Below are positions 1 to 13,400 of a DNA stretch of 64,000 bases, piece after piece (within the stretch, counting starts at the first letter, position 1; every line of letters starts with the position of its first letter). This stretch comes from Eledone cirrhosa (Eukaryota), in contig OZ024740.1 of assembly GCA_964016885.1 (NCBI GenBank), forward strand, positions 166,532,001 to 166,596,000, given 5' to 3'. A program made the position numbers and the translations under genes. Under the pieces are notes generated by a model. That model was given only the letters and a program-made list of their open reading frames with translations. It was not told where the DNA came from and did not search any database.

Positions 1-257
1 AGAAATAATCACAAAAGATTTGGTAATAAAAGAGCCGAAAGAAAATAAAATGTTTCCAGATAGCTGGAAAGGATAACTGTTCTACCTGTCTGACCAAAAA
101 GACGATAGTAGTAACATAGTACCTACAGTGGCAGTGATGGAAGGCACAAGGAGGGGAAATGAAAAGAACAGAACAATGTGTGAAAGTCGTTGCAAAAACG
201 ATAACCGTTGAACAATTATAGAGGAGAAAAACCCTCGTTAACTACTATTAGGCAACA

Positions 258-305
258 GAAGAAGAAGAAGAAGAAGAAGAAGAAGAAGAAGAAGAAGAAG
301 AAGAA
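258..305. repeat. (GAA)n microsatellite
   Basis: Pure GAA run visible in the sequence. Confidence 0.95.
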
Positions 306-989
306 AATATATATGTCGGTAGTGCTACTCTTCTAATTGCCAGGAAACCTCAGTTAATCGTAACACTATATGTGACATTTTAAATCTCTAATGTATATGC
401 ATTATTCTGCTTAACACTCCGTTGAAGTATTTTCCACCGGTTCTATTGTTGATATTCATAACCAAACTCACTATGCTTTCATTTTATTTGATGATCACAT
501 TGAATTTTATTCATTTAAGATGATATTGTTTATTTTTGAAGTTTCCCACAATCTCCATAACATAACGCGTAATGCCGATGTTTTATCTCCAAGGGTTTCA
601 ATTATTTTAAACGTTCAAATAAGAAAAGTAAACACATACCTTTTTTATGCAAACATGCTGGTGAATAAGCCAGGAGGTTATCCACAAACTGGTAACCTTG
701 TCGGAATGATGGCATCAAACGAAATCCGCTTAGAGGACTGAAGAAGAGGTAGTAGTGATAAACATAGCGATAAATTTGGTTTACCACCCAAACTGGAACA
801 AATGTCACAGGGCATATTGTATACTAAACATACATTATGGCTTGCTATCTAAGAAATCTGCGGTTTGGCTAATATTATTCAGAGTTTTAACTGCAAAGAC
901 AATCGCAGTTAATTTAAGTTCTAGAGAATAGCACCGTGAAGTACTCTCAAGCAATGCAATTCTATGTATGTATGCATAAAATTCTTCTA

Positions 990-2124
990 GATATTTCTCT
1001 GTCTATTAATTACTTTCACCACACCCTCTCTACTACCATCTTCATTAGACAAACAAACTCCCAATCTTACCTCGACTTCACCTCCTCCCATCCAACCCAC
1101 ACCAAATACTCCATTTCCTATTCCCAATTCTTCTGACTTCGTCGGCTCTGTAGCCAGGACGACGATTTCGAAACCAATTCCCTTCGCGTGGCTCCCTGTT
1201 CATCCAGCGTGGATATCCCCCCCCCCCCCTGATCAAAGCTGCTAACACCCGCGCCCGTGAAACAGACCGCAGAGGAGACTTCTCACCTCACTCCCGCGCC
1301 CAACACGCGTTCCTTTCTCTCTTACCTACCACCCCATCTCCATACCATTCCGCCGACATATCCTGCGTTCCTTCTGCATCTTCTCTTCTGACCCCGGCAC
1401 TTCTCGCTTTTTTCCAAACCCACCCACTACTGCTTTTAAGCGCGCCCGCGACCTCCGCGACTCCCTGGTTTGCAGTTCCTTCTCGTCCGCTCCCACGACT
1501 CCACCTGGCTCTCATCCTTGTTCCCGTTCCCGTTGCAGCACGTGTCCCTTCATTTCCACCCTCACCTACAGGCCCTAACTGGTTTTTCCGTATCCGCTAG
1601 CTGCACATCCACCCACGTTGTCTATGCCCTCCGGTATTCCCTTTGCGGGTCTTTGCATATCGGAGAAACGGTACGCCGTATGGCGGACCGTTTTGCCGAG
1701 CATTTGAGGGATATACGATTCGGTTTGGATACTCCTGTCGCCCGTCATTTCTGTTTTCCTGGTCATCCTTCCCTGCATCTTTCAGTCCTGGGTGTCCTTT
1801 TACATCATGGATCACAGGCTTCGCGCACCAGGACTGAACAAAGTCTGATTCACCTCCTTGGGTCCTATTCCCCACTTGGACACACCTCACCTCCCCAATT
1901 TCTCTAATACCCCGCCCATTATCACACCCATAGATTCCTATCGCTTTCTCTTGATCATTAAACTCTCTTACAACTAATATATGCCGACTATATATGCTCA
2001 CTCCACTTACACACATACACACCTTAATATTAACATACTTTTGCTCATAACTTCGTACTTACATACACCCACACTCTTTTACTCACATATGCACACATTT
2101 CTTCTTAGCTTCGTACGGACGTAT

Positions 2125-2195
<71 letters not shown>

Positions 2196-2460
2196 CTTAC
2201 GCACGTTCACAAATATAGTTCTTTTTACAAAATGTTTTTTTTTTTCCATTCAGGTAGACGCGTTCCATCAGCCACTTTTCTAAAAAATAAATCATACACA
2301 AAACGCCAGCACCATCAGTTTTGCAAGAGATTTTAACATGAATGGACCAGTTATTTTTATCTGACATTTTTTCCAATTCCAACCTGCTTATGAAGGACTA
2401 GCGTCTGAAACGTTAATACCCTCTTCCTGCTATATCAAGCGTTAAACTAATATATTCCTT
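990..2460 (+). mobile_element. Decayed Penelope-like element (Neptune-like), 3' part: RT thumb, GIY-YIG endonuclease and 3' UTR
   Basis: Thumb motif SYLDFTSSHPTHTKYSISYSQF. ORF 1470-1907 has CTSTHVVYAL..C..LHIGET.R....RFAEHLRDIR...EQSLIHLLG (GIY-YIG). Frameshifted. Degenerate HHR CTTATGA-AGGAC-TAGC-GTCT-GAAAC at 2387-2415. Confidence 0.85.
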
Positions 2461-2502
2461 CCATATAGTGTACCGATTGTGTTGTTATTTCTGTTTACCT
2501 TT

Positions 2503-2545
<43 letters not shown>

Positions 2546-2956
2546 TTCGGTGCGTCCGGTAGACTAACTCACTCGATATGCAAATTAGGCTGCTCAGCCG
2601 TTAATATGCATAAGGAAAGTATATACTTTCACACGTTCAACCATCTGACAGAATGGTATACGATGCTGAGGATAGCTAATAAGCTTGAAACTAGTACATC
2701 GTTCCTGTGTCAGTGTTGAACGAAAAGTTGACGATGGTTGCTTGAACACTGTACGGCGTAATTCGAGCTGTTTGTTGTTTACAAACAAACCGAGCATTAT
2801 AATATATGTTCGATATATATATGTGTGCATGTATGTATACATATACATACTACTGTACGTCTGTATACATATGTGTATGTACGTATACATACATTCTTAC
2901 ATTTAAGTACCAGCCGTAATAAGAGTGTGAATTGAAATTTCATTTCATTCTTTTCC

Positions 2957-2998
<42 letters not shown>

Positions 2999-3115
2999 AA
3001 AGAATTAATATATCTAGTAACATATATATACACACAGATGCATATCAATGCTAGCAAATATATAAGTTTTGTCTTAGTAACTTTGTGGTTCAATTCATGG
3101 GGTTGCGAAACAATA

Positions 3116-3701
<586 letters not shown>

Positions 3702-3736
3702 TGTCTGTGTGTGTGCGACAGAGAGAGTATGTGTGT

Positions 3737-5770
3737 CTATGTACGTATATATATATATCACTCTGATCACCTTGACCGACCAGTCTGTCGGGCGTCTATT
3801 CAGCGCCGCTGGTCACAGCACGCCGTCCATTCCTCTCTGGATCGTGCTTTCCTCATCCATATATTCTGTGATGACGTCCCTCACGCCGGACTTCTGTCTG
3901 GAGACTTCGCTCCTGATGTGCTCTCTCAACGAGATTCCTAGCATTGATCTAGCATTGATTCCTAGCATTGATCTAGCATTGATCTAGCATTGATTCCATC
4001 TCTCCATGGTTCTTTGAGCCGTTACCAACCTCTGCTCGTCTCTCTTCGTTGTAGCCCAAGTTTCACTGCCATAAAACATTGATGGTAAAACTGTGCTATT
4101 GAAGAGGTTGGCGCGGGTGGTCTTGTCCAACCTCCCCTTGAGCACATCTCTTAAGCCGTTGAACGCTTTCCATCCAGCCCTTATATCCGCGAGATCTCCC
4201 TCTCAATATCTCAGCGCATGTTCACTTCTTGTCCCAGGTAGACGTATTCCTTCACCTCCTCTATTTCATCACCGCCAACCACCATTCTACCTGTTGTTAC
4301 GTTGTTGGACCGCATGAACTTCGTTTTTATGCGGTTCATCTTGAGGCCTCCTGCAGAGCTTTTGATGTCGAGCTCCGCCAGAATGGTCTGAAGCTGATCC
4401 GTGGTTTCAGCGAGAGTACGATGTCATCAGCGAAACGGAGGTGGGTAAGTATCTCGCCGTTGATGTTGACGCCGCCTTGCCAGTCAATGGCTCTGATGAT
4501 CTGCTCGAGACACGCGGTGAAAAGTTTTGGAGAGATCGTATCTCCTTGCATCACTCCCTTCTCGACCGACACTCGTACGGGTGACGACAGCAGAGCTATG
4601 TCGGTGGTGCATCCGGAACTCGGCTCCCTAAGCAGATAAACGTATTGCGCCTCGACTCCTTGCCTTTGCAGCAAGTTTAGCACTGCGTTGATTTCGACGC
4701 TGTTGAAAGCCTTCTCGTAGTCTACGAACGCGACGCAAAGAGGCATCTTGTACTCTTTTGCTCGCTCAAGCAGTTGTGTCAGAGTAAATATGTGGTCCAT
4801 CGTGCTGTAGTTTTTTCCAGAAGCCGGCTTGCTCTCTCGGTTGCTGTTCGTCCAGATGTCGTGATAACCTGTTCACGATTATCTTCGTGAACAGCTTGTA
4901 CACGTGACACAGCAGGCATATGGGCGGGTAGTTCTACAGATCTTCTCTATCGCCATTCTTGCATAGCAGGATGGTATTTGACTCTTTCCACTGTGAGGGT
5001 ATTCTTCCCTCGTCCAGATAGTGTGTGAATCGCTCGGCGAGGATTTTCCAGAGCTGCTCTCCGCCTGACTTCCACATCTCCGATGATATGCCGTCTTTCC
5101 CTGGCGCCTTTCCACTTTTCATCATGCCAACGGCTCTTTCGACCTCACCGACAAGGATGGGTGGCACATTTTCTTCCTGTTGGAGTGACGGCAACGGCTG
5201 CCCATTCCCGGCTTGGAATAGAGCTTGGTGTAGAAGTCTTCGCAAACCTTTTGCACCTCACTCTTGTCGCTGACCAGTATTCCAGCTGTGATTTTAGGGT
5301 CGTCACCTCCGATCTGTACATTGTCATGTCCCTCTCGCATTTCTTGAGGCTCTTCTTTTTCTTTGCGGCCTTCAGGAGCTTCTCCATCCGGTATGCCTCG
5401 AAGCCTCTCTTCAGTTGTTGACGTATCACACTGCTGAGAAGGGAATATTCGAGGTGATCTTCAGATGTCCTCTTCATATTCTTCCTCTTCTCAAGCAACT
5501 TCATAGTTTCCTCCGAGACTCTTCCCTTCCGCTCCCTCGGGCACACACCCCTAGCCTTCCTCAAGCACTCCTTCAGTTTCCCTATCAGTGAGTCATAGTC
5601 AGCGTCTATGCCGTCTCCTTGACGCCACTTTTCCTGCATAATGGCTTCCTGCAGCTGCGCCTCGTTGAAGACCCGGACGCGTTCTCCCTTCGACGCCAAA
5701 TGCAGCGCCTTCTTCTCCCTCGTCCGGTCGATGACGACCCTCGCCCTCACCAGACGATGAACACTGCCAG
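3737..5770 (-). mobile_element. RTE-clade LINE, RT-containing body and 3' end (pseudogene)
   Basis: Frameshifted ORFs with KAPGKDG, FVDYEKAFNSV, GVMQGDTISPKLF and HLRFADDIVL. 3' tail CAAGGTGATCAGAGTGAT runs into (TA)n. Confidence 0.92.
3938..3997. repeat. Short tandem repeat CTAGCATTGAT(TC) x5 inside the RTE
   Basis: Visible directly in the sequence. Confidence 0.9.
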
Positions 5771-6547
5771 TGTGCAACCCGAATGACGAGAGGCTGCTAA
5801 AAATCACAGGTTCGCGAAGGCCGCCAAGGAACAGGACTAACCTTGCCATATGCACATACAACTGCAGGTCTTTGGCATGAGGGGGGGGGGACAGGGACTG
5901 AACCACCTAATGCAGGAGAAGAAGAAGATCAGGTGCGACGTGTTAGGGCTGTGCGAGATCCGCCAGAAGAAGGAGGCAAGTTCGCGATGGCAAGATGGAT
6001 GCGCCTTGAGTCTCGGGAAAGCAGCGGGTGCCAGATCGGTCGGAGGTATAGGGTTCATCGTAAGCAAGGAATGGGCTTCGAAGGTCGCTTCTTGCCAGTT
6101 CATATCGTCACGGATTCGTGTACTGAACGTGAACCTCTCAGGGAAGGCCACCCTCAAGATCGTCCAGACCTATGCTCCCACAAGTGCCAGCGACGACTAT
6201 GAGGTGGAAGAATTCTATCGCCAGCTAGACAAAGTGCTAGCTGTGAGATCCACTTACACCGTCGTGATGGGAGACTTCAACGCAAAGGTCGGATAGGGAC
6301 GGCAAGGGGAAGAGTATGTCGGAAGATTCGGCCTAGGAGACTGAAATGAGAGAGGAGAGCGTCTGGTCAACATGGTGGAGGCGAGAAGGCTCTACATCGG
6401 AAACAGCCTATTCAGGAAGAAGAAGGAGAAGAGATGGACCTGGGTATTGCCAAATTCTGAGCACCGAAACGAGATTGATGACATCTTGGTCGACAAGCGA
6501 CGCATACTACAGGACGTCTCCGTCATAACGTCATTCAACACTGGCAT
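5771..6547 (+). mobile_element. Inverted 5' segment (APE endonuclease) of the same RTE LINE
   Basis: ICTYNCR, DVLGLCEIR, GGIGFIV, QTYAPTS, VVMGDFNAKVG, WTW...NEIDDIL...SFNTG. Its natural continuation (S.HRLVRA) is on the minus strand from ~5770. Confidence 0.9.
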
Positions 6548-6654
6548 TGATATATATATATATATATAATGAAAAATTGAACAGGGACAGAACAGAGAGG
6601 CAGTACGATAAATGTTTATTAAATTCACGCTCAGGAGAGTGGGGGGTAGGTGGA

Positions 6655-6690
6655 GGACGACGTTTCGGGCATAAGCCCTTCTTCAGATGA
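6655..6690 (-). ncRNA. Minimal PLE-type hammerhead ribozyme in an orphan PLE 3' end (~6570-6790)
   Basis: Minus strand reads CTGAAGA-A-GGGC-TTAT-GCCC-GAAAC-GTC. No local stem I is obvious. Confidence 0.75.
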
Positions 6691-6821
6691 GAGTTCAAAA
6701 GGTGTGTAGGGGAGTGGTGGAGAGACATATAGCGAAAGGAAACGGTGCGAATGAAAAATTAACAAATAAAGACAAAAATATAATAAATAATAAATAAAAA
6801 TAAAGCATATATATATATATA

Positions 6822-7963
6822 TATATTCATTAGTTAAGCAAAACAAGACCACAAACTAAACAAGGAAGACATTAATAATAATGGCCGTTTACAATTGTTT
6901 CGCTACTCCATATAATATTTCTGGATCTAATGACTATATATCATTATTGATCTGGTTCAGTTGAAAATAATTAACATATTTAAAAACAGAGCAGCTCATC
7001 GGAATTTCAAAGTAATATAAATTAAGATAAGGAGAGAATGTTACATAATGTAATGTTCCATATATTGGTATTTCACTATGGTATACTGGTGTATCAATTG
7101 TCAGTCATTATCAAGCAGTATTCATCTGTCGAGGCTGCATTGTGTGAGATCTGCCTATGGGTAACAAGATGGCCGCCAATAGACATATTTACCTTACTAA
7201 TTAGAGGGTGGTTTCAGGGAAAGTAACTCCTCGAGAGATTAGAAATTGTGGCTAGTTTATAGTTAAGTGCTATTTTTTAAATTTTTTAATTGAGAAACAA
7301 TGTAGGGGAGGTAACTTATAATTATCTAAGTTAGTTATAGTTATTTAACTTATTAGCTACAAGTAAAAATGGGGCTAGATGTCTATGTTGTGTCAAATAT
7401 TTTGTTGGCGAAGGAATTAGCCCTTCGATGTTGACAGTTAATAGCTACCTCCTGCTTGATTATGGCTGACAATTAATACACCCAGGACACCATAGTTAAA
7501 TACCAATATATGGAACATTTCATAACGTAACATTCTCTCCTTATATTAATTTATATTCCTTTGAACTTCCGATGAGCCGCTCTGTTTATAAATATGTTAA
7601 TTATTTTCAACTGAACCAGATCAATAATGATATATAGTCATTTAATCCAGAAATATTATATGGAGTAGTGAAACAATTGTATCGGTAGAGGGTCGGATGC
7701 CATGCTTTGCAGCAAAGAGTTACGGCCGTGGCCATTCTGAGTTCAAATCACGCCGAGGTTTACTTTGCCTTTCCTCCTTACGGGGTCGATAAAACAAAGT
7801 ACCAGTAATACACTGGTTGATTGCTGGTCTTGTGCCAAAAGTAGAAACAATTATTATTATTATTCTCTACATTCCTTACATCAAACTAAAATATGTTGAC
7901 AATCTTTTAATAATGTCTTCCTTTTGAAATTTTTGGTCTTGTTTTGCTTAACTAATGAATATT
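6822..7963. repeat. Fold-back element, arms 6822-7118 / 7452-7963 (right arm interrupted by a SINE), each with a long-stem-II HHR
   Basis: Diverged reverse-complement arms. CCGATGA-GCTGCTCTGT...ATGGAGTAGC-GAAAC-AATT-GTA at 6890-7002(-), with a variant at 7569-7681(+). Confidence 0.82.
7681..7856 (+). mobile_element. tRNA-derived SINE with MESC/Meta-like core (Octopus type), 5'-truncated
   Basis: B-box GAGTTCAAATC and core CCTTACGGGGTCGATAAAACAAAGTACCAG. Matches the other copies in the window. Confidence 0.85.
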
Positions 7964-8142
7964 TCCAGCTCTGCGCGCCTGACTTCTGCATGAACCCAAC
8001 CACCTAGCTGCTTTCTACTGCATATTGTACATTGAGCACATGCCTTTACGCTTTAGCTTATAACTACTTCACCAATCTATTCTCTCCTATCTCCTCTCCT
8101 ATCTCAATCTCTCTCTTTAAGATTGGTTACTCTTGAACTGTG

Positions 8143-8179
<37 letters not shown>

Positions 8180-8427
8180 ATAATAATAAAATTGAAGACT
8201 AAAATCCAAAGAGGGCTCGGTAAGGAAAATATATATCAAATATATAAGAACCGTAGAGCAAATATTTATTAAAATAACAGATTAATGTTTAAGCAAAGAA
8301 TCGCTGCTTTCACCCTTAACGGGATCTTCTGAAACTAACAAAGTCAATCTGTAAACGCAGAACTAGATATTTCAAAAAACGGTGCAACCGGAGGAAGACA
8401 GGAAGACGATACTTTGGTTCGTGGTAG

Positions 8428-9069
8428 GTGGCCACACCATTAGCTAAGATCTTTCTTTCCCTTATTACGAAGCATTTTCCCCCCACACATAAATATAGTA
8501 AAATGTTTAATAGAAATACTATTAAAATTTCTTCTACGACTCCTAACCTTGCACATAACATCACAGATTCAAATTTAGCTAAACTACCTAGCCGTAGGAA
8601 CACGTGCAACCCTGTAGTTAGTACTAACTGTAATTGTAGGAATAGGGCTGATTGCCCCCTATCCGGGAAATGCCTCTCTAGTAACATTGTCTACAAATGT
8701 AAGGTTGTAACACCCACGTCCCGTAGGGCCTACATAGGGTTAACCGCCAATAGTTTCAAGCAGCGTCTTTACATGCATACCCATTCTTTTCGTTACCCTT
8801 TAAGAAGGAATATGACGTCACTTTCAGCTTATATCTGGAGTCTAAAAGACAACCACACCCAATATAAGTTACACTGGGAGATACTAGCTAGGGCTAGATC
8901 GTATAACGGAAATAAAAGACCATGTGACCTCTGCGCCGCTGAGGCCCTGGAAATACTCTACGCCACAGACCACATCTTAAACAAAAAATCTGAGGCAATT
9001 TCGGCTTGTAAACATAAATTGCACAAAACTTTCCTGTATTACAGCCCCACGTTATACCCTAACGGATAG
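8428..9069 (+). pseudogene. PLE C-terminal GIY-YIG endonuclease fragment (Hydra-like CxCx5CP linker)
   Basis: KHFPPTHKYSKMFNRN, CNCRNRADCPLSGKC, IVYKCKV...YIGLT..FKQR...H, CDLC..E, LNKKSE. Homologous to 53477-53995. Confidence 0.88.
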
Positions 9070-9997
9070 CACGATCTATACGTGGATATTTTACGTCTTG
9101 ATGTGGGAGCTAAGTATATGTTTTGTTTATTCCTTTACTTATTTGCATAGGTAAGTATATATTACCCGTATGTTTTGTGAAGGTATGCATACCTTCTCGT
9201 ACGTATATTTGACTGTTATGGCGTATAATTTTTACATATTCTGGTATTTAGGGTTTGGCTATGTGTATACGGGAGTTTTGCGTCCGCGTGAGTATGCAGG
9301 TTCGTACGTATGGTGGGTGTGTGTATATGTGTACTTCTTGTTTTAGTTGACTTACGTCTCCGAACATTCGTGTATTTATATGTAGTTATGCGTGTGCGCT
9401 TGTTATATACGTATTTATTTACTTATATACGTTTATATAATTATTTATTTATTTGTACATAAGCATACGCACACACACATATTTATATGTGCGTGGTTTT
9501 GTATACCTATGGTAAGGTTTTCCGTATGCTTGTGTATGTACGTATCTGTTTGCGTGTATGTATTTATTTGTTTCTATTACTTCTGTATTGTATTTATTTA
9601 CTTTGTTCTTAACTCTGTAGCGGAGATTCATTTGGTCTCCTAGTTAGAATTTTAGTCTACGATTTCTGTTATACCATTTACGTGGTTTTGTCTTTGCGTG
9701 CTATTGTTCTCCACGCTCCACATATGACTTATTATCTTCGTTTTTTCGTTCATTGCCAGAGAACGTCTCTATGCACCACCTAAGAGAACATTAGTCTACG
9801 ACCTCTTTTATACCATAAACGTGGTTTTGTCTTTGCGCGTAATTGTTTTTCACCGCTCCTATTAATGACGTATTATTCGTTTTTTCCCGTTCTTTGCCAG
9901 CGAACGTTTCCACGAACCAAAGTATCGTCTTCCTGTCTTCCTCCGGTTGCACCGTTTTTTGAAATATCTAGTTCTGCGTTTACAGATTGACTTTGTT

Positions 9998-10048
9998 AGT
10001 TTCAGAAGATCCCGTTAAGGGTGAAAGCAGCGATTCTTTGCTTAAACT
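9998..10048 (+). ncRNA. Type I hammerhead with variant core CAGAAGA (family G). Other copies: 8286-8336(-), 10283-10333(-), 20963-21013(-), 21320-21370(+), 27324-27374(+)
   Basis: AGTTT-CAGAAGA-TCCC-GTTAA-GGGT-GAAA-GCA-gcgattctt-TGC-TT-AAACT. Stems I, II and III all pair. Confidence 0.7.
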
Positions 10049-10230
10049 TTAATCTGTTATTTTAATAAATAAAAAAATATATGTATAAATTTTAGTACGG
10101 CATTAACGAAGCTTTAGCACACGGCCAAGCTAACGATTGCAAAATCGGTCTGTAGCGTTAGCACTCAGATGGGGAAAAGAACCCCAGAGTAATAACAATA
10201 GGTTCAGACAGCTTAGCAAATCAGATATGC

Positions 10231-10266
<36 letters not shown>

Positions 10267-10356
10267 TAAAATAACAGATTAAAGTTTAAGCAAAGAATCG
10301 CTGCTTTCACCCCTAACGGGATCTTCTGAAACTATATATATATGTATGATATATAG

Positions 10357-10458
<102 letters not shown>

Positions 10459-10486
10459 ATACATATGTATATTATATATATTTATA

Positions 10487-13400
10487 TTTAATAAAAGGAA
10501 TTCCATCTTTGTCTGATTTACCCGTTTTATTTACATTCCTTTAAGATTATAATGGTATTAGAATGAAATAGTATGATAGAATATTAAATGTTAAGTGTTA
10601 ATTGAACAAGTAGTTTCATGCTTTCGCAATCTCCAGGTTCATATTCAGTGGTGACAGTCATGTTTGCAATTTTCAACTGTAATGAGATGGCTAAAATCTG
10701 TGCCTTATATACAGTAAAAAGAGTCTAGAAAACGCTAAGTTTTGCAAACTGTATCTCAACCAATCGGTGTGTGGTTTCACTAGATTACTGAAGCTGATTG
10801 GTTTAGGCGTCACGGTTGGTTGAGCATGTCTAACGACTTCTATTTGACCCCATCCACAACATCAATAATTTTGCTATTTTTAGAAATGATGAAAATAGCA
10901 TTTTGTATGTTGTTTATCAAAAAATCTTCAGTAATCATCATCAACATCACTTTTATTATTATTATTATTATTGTTGTTGTAGGTAGTCGCGGTAGACAAC
11001 ATGGTCGTAGGCGTAGTCATAGTAGAAGTAATACCCCTAAGCATTATTATTGTTCATTTAGCTTGGGTTGGAATTTATCAATAAAATTCTTTTCTTTAAT
11101 TTTTCTCTTGATTTCACTTGGGCTGTGTAGATTGTAGAATGGAATATTATAAATATTTTCTGACCACATGTTGCTAGATGGTTACTCCGGGGTATCTGAC
11201 GGACATTTGGGTTTCTGATTTGCTGTCGGTGCACCCGTGCACGTTCTGAGATAGCATTTCTAGTTTGACCGACATATAGTTCTTCACAATTCGGGAATTT
11301 AATGCAGTAAATTAGATTTCTGTTTTGCAGGTCATATTTGCATTTTGGAATATTTTTCCAGTTTTTGTGTTCATATATTGAACAGTATGTATGAACTGAC
11401 ATGTGCCACATCGACTATCATTGCATTTAGATACAGTGAATCATTAGTCTTTGTTGTTAAGGTCAAACTTTGCCTTTGTTAGTAATTGCTTCAAATATTT
11501 CGGCTGTCTTTTACTAAGAATCAAAGCTCGGTCTGTGATTAAACCTTTTAATTCTTTACTTTGAGCAATGATCGGTAGGTTTGCTTTGGCAGTGTTGAAG
11601 ATATTCTGGTGACATGGGTTGTATGATATTATAAATGGTATGATAAGTTCTTGGTTTCTTCTTCCTTGGGTCGTCCTAATTTGTTGTATAGGTATTTTTA
11701 TAGCCCGCTGTATGCCATTTTCTATAAGTAGAGATGGGTATTGTTGTTTGAGCAAAAATTATCCCAGTTCTGTTACGCCTTTGTTCCTGTTATTTGTATC
11801 TTCTACAATGGTACACATTCTTCTGGTTAGGCAGTATGGGATGTTGCGTTTTGTATGAGGTGGATGGCACTACTTAAAATTCAGATATTGATGGGTGTCT
11901 GTGTGTTTATTATATACGAGGTGTGTCAGAAAAGTTCCAGGACTAATGGCACAACAGATTTATTTAAACCCAAACTTCACACTAAGAGTTTTCTCCTTCA
12001 AACTAATCACCCTGGAGTATGTAACTGTAATCTTAGCTCTCTGCAGCGATCCAACTTTTTTCCTCATAATTTTATATACATGTCCTCTGTTTCAGGTCGT
12101 CAAGCAATGAGCACAGAGCAACGATCAAACTTGAAGTTTCTGGTACGGTTGGGGAAAACTCCATCAGAAGCACTGGGTTTGCTGCAGCAAGTGCATGGAG
12201 ATCAGACGATGTCACATTCACGTGGTTTTGAGTGGTGCAAGAAGTTTAAAGAAGGACGCGATGACGTGGAAGATGACCCCAGGAGCGGAACGCCCTCAAC
12301 AACCAGGACTGAGGTCAACGTTGAGCGCGTCAGGCAGATGGTGCGTAGCGATCGTCGGCTGACTGTTCGACTGATGGCAAATGAGTTGGATATGAATCGA
12401 GTCAGCGTCTGGAAGATTCTCACTGAAGATTTGGACAGGCGGAAAGTCTGCGCGAAGATGGTGCCAAAACTGCTGAACGATGACCAGAAGGGTCGACGAT
12501 TGCAAGTGTGCCAGGACATCATCGAACGTCTTGAAACCAAACCAGGCTTGCTAGGGACAGTAATCACCGGTGATGAGTCATGGACTTTCGAGCACGACCC
12601 GGAAAAAAAAAACGCCAGAGCTTTCAGTGGAAGAAGAAAGCACCACAATCGAAGTCCAAAGTCAAGATCATGTTGAGCATATTCTTCGATGTGAGGGGGA
12701 TCGTTCCGTGAGAATTCTTGCCACAGGGCCAGACGATCAACCAACATGTCTACAAAGAGATACTGCAGCGTTTGCTTCGTTCAGTGCGTAAGAAGAGGCG
12801 AGAGTTGTGGCAGGACAACTCGTGGCTGCTTCACTATGACAACGCGCCTGCTCATAATGCCCTGAGCATCCGACAGTTCCTGGCCGAGAAGAACATCGCC
12901 GTGCTGGACCAACCTTCCTACTCCCCCGACCTGACTCTGTGTGATTTTTTCCTATTCCCAAGATCAAGGGGGTCATCAAAGGGACCCATTTTGAAGACAT
13001 GGACGACATCAAAAAGGCCGTGACGAAGGAACTGCGGAGGATCCCGGAAGAATCCTTCCAGGAGTACATGCAAGCGTGGCAGAAAAGGATAGAAAAGTGC
13101 ATTAGACTCCAGGGGGATTACTTTGAAGGAGAAAACTCTTAGTGTGAAATTTGGGTTTAAAATAAATAATTTGTGACATCAGTCCTGGAACTTTTCTGCC
13201 ACACCTCGTATATCCTTGGTAATGGTGGGGTGGTTTTTGATTACCATTATATCTAGGAATGGTAATTTGGTACTACTCATCTCTTTTGTAAATTGGAGAG
13301 ATGGGTATAAATTATTCAGGACGATATTGAACTCATCCAGTGTATCTAGAGATTCTGTCCAGATGATGAAACAGTCGTCAAGGTATCTCTTCCAAGATTT

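Larger units (their letters stand above)
8176..10070 (+). mobile_element. 5'-truncated Hydra-type PLE (family G) with an inverted copy of its own 3' end (8176-8424) at the 5' side
   Basis: GIY-YIG ORF 8428-9069 and a 1-kb 3' UTR. 8264-8424 is the reverse complement of ~9910-10070. Confidence 0.88.
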
